Origin: Candidatus Eisenbergiella pullistercoris
GTDB taxonomy: Bacteria > Bacillota > Clostridia > Lachnospirales > Lachnospiraceae
Assembly (NCBI GenBank): GCA_019115665.1
Contig: DXDD01000156.1
Span: 10,877 to 74,876 of the forward strand
Reading direction: 5' to 3'
Length of the DNA: 64,000 nt
Shown: in pieces, positions 59,684 to 64,000 of the stretch
Layout: each line of letters opens with the position of its first letter
Numbering within the stretch: position 1 is the first letter of the stretch
Made by a program: the position numbers and the translations under genes
The notes under the pieces: generated by a model
Seen by the model: the letters and a program-made list of their open reading frames with translations, nothing else
What the model was told of the DNA's origin: nothing
Database searches by the model: none

Positions 59684-61774
59684 ATGAACATTTACACAAC
59701 CGACAGGATCCGCAACGTTGTGCTTATGGGGCACGGCGGAGCAGGCAAGACCAGTTTGGTGGAAGCGATGGCGTATCTGTCCGGCATTACGTCCAGGATG
59801 GGTAAGGTTAGCGACGGAAATACGGTCAGTGATTTCGGCAAGGAAGAACAGAAGAGGAAATTTTCCATCAGCACGTCTGTGGTCCCGATCGAATGGGAAG
59901 GCGTGAAGATCAATATACTGGATACTCCCGGCTTTTTTGACTTTGTTGGCGAGGTGGAGGAAGCGGCGGGCGCTGCGGATGCGGCCATCATCGTGATCTC
60001 CGGCAAGGCCGGCGTGGAAGTGGGAGCGCAGAGAGCGTGGGAGCTGTGCGACAAATATAAGCTGCCCCGCATGGTGTTCGTAACGGATATGGATATCGAC
60101 AACGCCTCCTACCGTCAGGTGGTGGAGGACATGACGGCTCTGTACGGGAAGAAGATCGCGCCGTTCCATCTTCCCATCCGTGAGAACGAGAAGTTCGTCG
60201 GCTATATCAACGTAGTCTCCGAGAAGGCCTACCGCTGGCAGGGCAAGGAAGTGGTGGAGTGCGAGATCCCCGAGTACAGCAAGGCCAACCTGCAGATCTG
60301 CCGGGATACGCTGCTGGAGGCGGTGGCGGAGACCAGCGAGGAATTCATGGAGCGCTATTTCGGCGGAGACACCTTCTCCGAGGCGGAGATCCGCGCGGCG
60401 CTGCGGACGAACGTGGACGACGGAAGCATCGTTCCCATGTCCATGGGCTCCAATATCCTCTGCCAGGGCATTTATACCCTGCTTGACGATATCGTGAAGT
60501 ATCTGCCCAGCCCGGAAAGCCGTACGATCGCGGGAATCAACATGAAGACCAAGGAGATCTATCAGGCGGATTATGATTTTGCCAAAGCGAAGAGCGCCTT
60601 TATCTTCAAGACCATCGTGGATCCCTTCATCGGAAAGTACTCCCTCATCAAGGTGTGCTCCGGCGTCCTGAAGCCGGACGATCTGCTCCTCAACTATGAC
60701 GAGGACGTGGAAGAGAAGATCGGAAAGCTGTACGTGATGCAGGGCAATAAGCCCATCGAGGTGAGCGAGCTGCATGCGGGCGATATCGGCGCACTTGCCA
60801 AGCTGACCGGAGCGAAGACGGGAAATACCCTTTCCACGAAGCATACGCCCATCGAATACGGCAAGACGGAGATTTCCGTACCTTATACATATAAGAGATA
60901 TAAGGCGAAGAACAAGGCGGATATCGACAAGATCTCCCAGTCCCTGTCCAAGATGATGAACGAGGATCTGACGCTGAAGGCCGTGAACGACTCCGAGAAT
61001 CATCAGACCCTTCTGTACGGCATGGGTGATCAGCATCTGGATGTGGTGGTCAGCCGTCTGATCAACGAATATAAGGTGGAGATCGAGCTGAGCAAGCCCA
61101 AGGTGGCCTTCCGCGAGACCATCCGCAAGAAATCGGACGTGGAATACAAGTATAAGAAGCAGACGGGCGGACACGGCCAGTACGGCCATGTCAAGATGCG
61201 CTTCGAGCCCTCCGGAGATCTGGAGACGCCGTATGTGTTCGACCAGGAGGTCGTGGGCGGAGCGATTCCCAAGAACTACTTCCCGGCGGTGGAAAAGGGC
61301 CTTCAGGAATCCGTTCAGAAGGGACCGATGGCAGCCTACCCCGTTGTCGGCGTAAAGGCTGTTCTGTACGACGGATCCTATCATCCGGTGGATTCCTCCG
61401 AAATGGCGTTCAAGATGGCTACGATCCAGGCCTTCAAGAAGGGCTTTATGGAAGCCGGGCCGGTGCTGCTTGAGCCCATCGCGTCCATGAAGGTAACGGT
61501 GCCGGATCAGTACACGGGCGACGTTATGGGCGACCTGAACAAACGCCGCGGAAGAGTGCTCGGCATGAATCCCATCGCGGGCGGCAAGCAGGTCATTGAA
61601 GCGGATGTTCCGATGATGGAGCTGTACGGCTACTGCACGGATCTTCGTTCCATGACGGGAGGCAGGGGAGATTACTCCTATGAATTTGCCCGTTATGAGC
61701 AGGCTCCTTCCGACATTCAGGAGAAAGAGGTTGCGGCAAGAGCGTCCAAGCTGGAAGACGGAAGCGACGAATAA
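59684..61774 (+). CDS. Elongation factor G paralogue (EF-G II type)
   Basis: ATG after GGAGG; GHGGAGKTS, DTPGFFDF, KKQTGGHGQYGHV, DGSYHPVDSSEMAF; not in an rpsL-rpsG-tuf context. Confidence 0.92.
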   Translation: MNIYTTDRIRNVVLMGHGGAGKTSLVEAMAYLSGITSRMGKVSDGNTVSDFGKEEQKRKFSISTSVVPIEWEGVKINILDTPGFFDFVGEVEEAAGAADAAIIVISGKAGVEVGAQRAWELCDKYKLPRMVFVTDMDIDNASYRQVVEDMTALYGKKIAPFHLPIRENEKFVGYINVVSEKAYRWQGKEVVECEIPEYSKANLQICRDTLLEAVAETSEEFMERYFGGDTFSEAEIRAALRTNVDDGSIVPMSMGSNILCQGIYTLLDDIVKYLPSPESRTIAGINMKTKEIYQADYDFAKAKSAFIFKTIVDPFIGKYSLIKVCSGVLKPDDLLLNYDEDVEEKIGKLYVMQGNKPIEVSELHAGDIGALAKLTGAKTGNTLSTKHTPIEYGKTEISVPYTYKRYKAKNKADIDKISQSLSKMMNEDLTLKAVNDSENHQTLLYGMGDQHLDVVVSRLINEYKVEIELSKPKVAFRETIRKKSDVEYKYKKQTGGHGQYGHVKMRFEPSGDLETPYVFDQEVVGGAIPKNYFPAVEKGLQESVQKGPMAAYPVVGVKAVLYDGSYHPVDSSEMAFKMATIQAFKKGFMEAGPVLLEPIASMKVTVPDQYTGDVMGDLNKRRGRVLGMNPIAGGKQVIEADVPMMELYGYCTDLRSMTGGRGDYSYEFARYEQAPSDIQEKEVAARASKLEDGSDE

Positions 61775-62015
61775 AGGAAAAGACTTTTTTAGAGAAGAAA
61801 AAATGGGGCGGAAGCGGCGTGCGTTGGGGGATGCGCGCCGCTTCCCTTTATAGGAAAAAGAAGCGGCGGACTGCGGTGGAATCCGGATTTGTTCACAAAA
61901 AACCACAAAAAGTATGTTGATTTATGCCTGAATTGGGTGTATCATTGGCGTGTAAAGGAAGACATATCTGTTTCAGTGCTATAAAACAACAGAATCAAAG
62001 AAAGGATATGAAGAA

Positions 62016-62843
62016 ATGAAAATTCTGGATGCGAAATTTGTGCAGGACTTTATCAAGATGGCGGACGACGGCTATCAGCAGGGCTGGCATGAGAGGAACG
62101 GCGGCAATCTTTCTTATCGGATCAAGCCGGAAGAGGTGGAGATCATCCGGAATCGTCTGGATGAGAAGGGCGAGTGGATCCCGATCGGCGTCAGCGTGCC
62201 GGATCTGGCCGGGGAATTTTTCATGGTTACGGGAACCGGAAAATACTTCAGAAATATCATTGTGGACCCCGAGGCCTGCCTGACCATCATTGAGATCGAT
62301 GAGAAGGGCGAAAATTACCGCAAGCGCTGGGGCCTTGTGGAGGGCGGCGGCCCTACCAGCGAGCTCCCCACGCATCTGATGAACCATGAGGTGAAGAAGC
62401 GGGTCAGCGGCGGAAAGCATCGGGTGATCTATCATGCCCATACCACGAATGTGATCGCACTGACCTTCGTGCTTCCGCTGAAGGACGAGATCTTTACCAG
62501 AGAGCTGTGGGAAATGGCTACGGAGTGTCCGATCGTGTTCCCGGACGGCGTGGGCGTGATCGGATGGATGGTTCCCGGCGGACGGGAGATCGCCATCGAG
62601 ACCGGAAAGCTGATGGAAAAGTATGACGCGGTGATCTGGGCGCATCATGGAATGTTCTGTTCCGGAGAGAGCTTCGATCTCACCTTCGGTCTGATGCATA
62701 CCATTGAAAAGTCCGCGGAGATCCTGATCAAGGTGCTTTCCATGAAGCCTGACAAGCTGCAGACCATCACGCCGGACAATTTCCGTGATCTGGCAGTGGC
62801 CTTCCATGTACAGCTTCCGGAGCGCTTCCTTTACGAGAAATGA
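62016..62843 (+). CDS. rhaD: Rhamnulose-1-phosphate aldolase
   Basis: GWHERNGGNLS, VTGTGKYF, PTSELPTH, YHAH, WAHHG. Confidence 0.92.
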   Translation: MKILDAKFVQDFIKMADDGYQQGWHERNGGNLSYRIKPEEVEIIRNRLDEKGEWIPIGVSVPDLAGEFFMVTGTGKYFRNIIVDPEACLTIIEIDEKGENYRKRWGLVEGGGPTSELPTHLMNHEVKKRVSGGKHRVIYHAHTTNVIALTFVLPLKDEIFTRELWEMATECPIVFPDGVGVIGWMVPGGREIAIETGKLMEKYDAVIWAHHGMFCSGESFDLTFGLMHTIEKSAEILIKVLSMKPDKLQTITPDNFRDLAVAFHVQLPERFLYEK

Positions 62844-62850
62844 GGAAAAG

Positions 62851-64000
62851 ATGAAAAAAAGCATACTGTATCCGATCGTCGGAGCGGCCGCGCTCATCGC
62901 AGCGTTTCTCTACTATTACGTCACGCTCCCCGCGATCAACATTCATTCCAGCGGCTTCTGGTTCTTCCTGATGGGGGCTGTTGTGGCCGTCATGCTGATC
63001 TATATGATCCGAAAGACCGGGAAGGGGATCGCGTCCTCCGGACTGGATTCCGTGCGGCTGTCCCTTTCCGAATATCCGCTGCTCAAATGGCTTGGAATCC
63101 TGCTGCTTGTGATCCTGGCCGTTTACGGGATCGGCACGCTCCTGTCCTCGCCGGTGATCAATGCGAAAAGGTATCAGCAGCTGATGAGCGTGGAAACCAG
63201 GAAATTTTCCGAGGATATCAAAGAGGCGGATTACCGTTCCATCCCGCTTCTGGACAAGGATTCCGCGGCCCTTCTGGGCGACCGGAAGATGGGAAGCCTG
63301 GTGGACATGGTTTCCCAGTTTGAGGTGGCGGACGATTATACCCAGATCAACTACAACAATGTGCCGGTGCGCGTCACGCCTCTGGTTTACGCCAGTCCCA
63401 TCAAGTGGCTGACCAATCAGAGGGACGGCATTCCGGCCTACATCCTGATCGACATGACCACGCAGGATACGGAATGCGTCATGCTGGAGGAGGGCATCAA
63501 ATATTCCAAATCGGAGTATTTCAACCGGAACCTGTACCGGCATCTGCGCTTCCGGTTCCCCACCTATATCTTCGGGGATCAGCTTTTCTTTGAGATCGAC
63601 GACAACGGCGTACCCTACTGGGTCTGCCCGGTGAAAAAGTTCAGCATTGGCCTGTTCGGCGGAGAGACAGTGGGACGGGTGGTCCTGGTCAACGCCGTTA
63701 CCGGAGAATGTACGGACTACGCGGTGGAGGACGTTCCCACCTGGATCGACAAGGTGTATTCCGCCGAGCTTCTGATGCAGCTCTATGACTATTACGGCCT
63801 GTATCAGCACGGCTTTTTCAACAGCATCCTGGGACAGAGAGACTGCCTGGTGACCACCAACGGCTATAATTACCTGGCTCTGGACGACGATGTGTGGGTG
63901 TATACGGGCGTGACCTCGGTGAACGGGGATCAGTCCAACGTGGGCTTTGTGCTCATGAACCAGCGCACCATGGAGACCCGCTATTATGAGGTGGAGGGAG
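62851..64000 (+). CDS. Hypothetical membrane protein, 3'-truncated by window edge (absent from ORF track)
   Basis: ATG 62851 after GAGGA; MKKSILYPIVGAAALIAAFLYYYVTLPAINIHSSGFW...; about 3 N-terminal TMs; frame appears open to 64000. Confidence 0.85.
   Translation, partial: MKKSILYPIVGAAALIAAFLYYYVTLPAINIHSSGFWFFLMGAVVAVMLIYMIRKTGKGIASSGLDSVRLSLSEYPLLKWLGILLLVILAVYGIGTLLSSPVINAKRYQQLMSVETRKFSEDIKEADYRSIPLLDKDSAALLGDRKMGSLVDMVSQFEVADDYTQINYNNVPVRVTPLVYASPIKWLTNQRDGIPAYILIDMTTQDTECVMLEEGIKYSKSEYFNRNLYRHLRFRFPTYIFGDQLFFEIDDNGVPYWVCPVKKFSIGLFGGETVGRVVLVNAVTGECTDYAVEDVPTWIDKVYSAELLMQLYDYYGLYQHGFFNSILGQRDCLVTTNGYNYLALDDDVWVYTGVTSVNGDQSNVGFVLMNQRTMETRYYEVEG

Overview
GC-rich Firmicute chromosome segment, most consistent with a spore-forming Lachnospiraceae gut bacterium (cotJABC, sortase B fold, LCP, DUF1292, DegV). 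Most genes lie on the + strand. Housekeeping content: nrdD-nrdG-dut, feoAB with a Fur box, gltX plus a UvrD-like helicase, aroC, tgt-yajC, leuB-ilvD-ilvB-serC-serA-DUF1015-glgB-mscS, tRNA-Thr(CGT), aroF-tyrA, an EF-G paralogue and rhaD. Accessory content: a TauE/aryl-sulfotransferase pair, a MacAB-like exporter with three tandem adaptor genes, a domain-swapped GH3 glycosidase and a partial surface-polysaccharide locus. Main oddities: (1) after tRNA-Thr, an intact sortase-B-fold gene that has lost both catalytic His and Cys, next to a divergent LCP and a secreted protein ending exactly at S-P-x-T, followed by VanZ, a priming glycosyltransferase and a three-domain ManC-cupin-ManA fusion; (2) a non-coding array of six 53-bp palindromic units upstream of gltX; (3) a 135-bp MITE-like element in two full copies with 8-bp flanking direct repeats plus one partial copy; (4) a GlgX-like pseudoenzyme. 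I saw no CRISPR-cas, integrase, transposase or prophage genes. All calls come from manual motif reading; no database searches were run.
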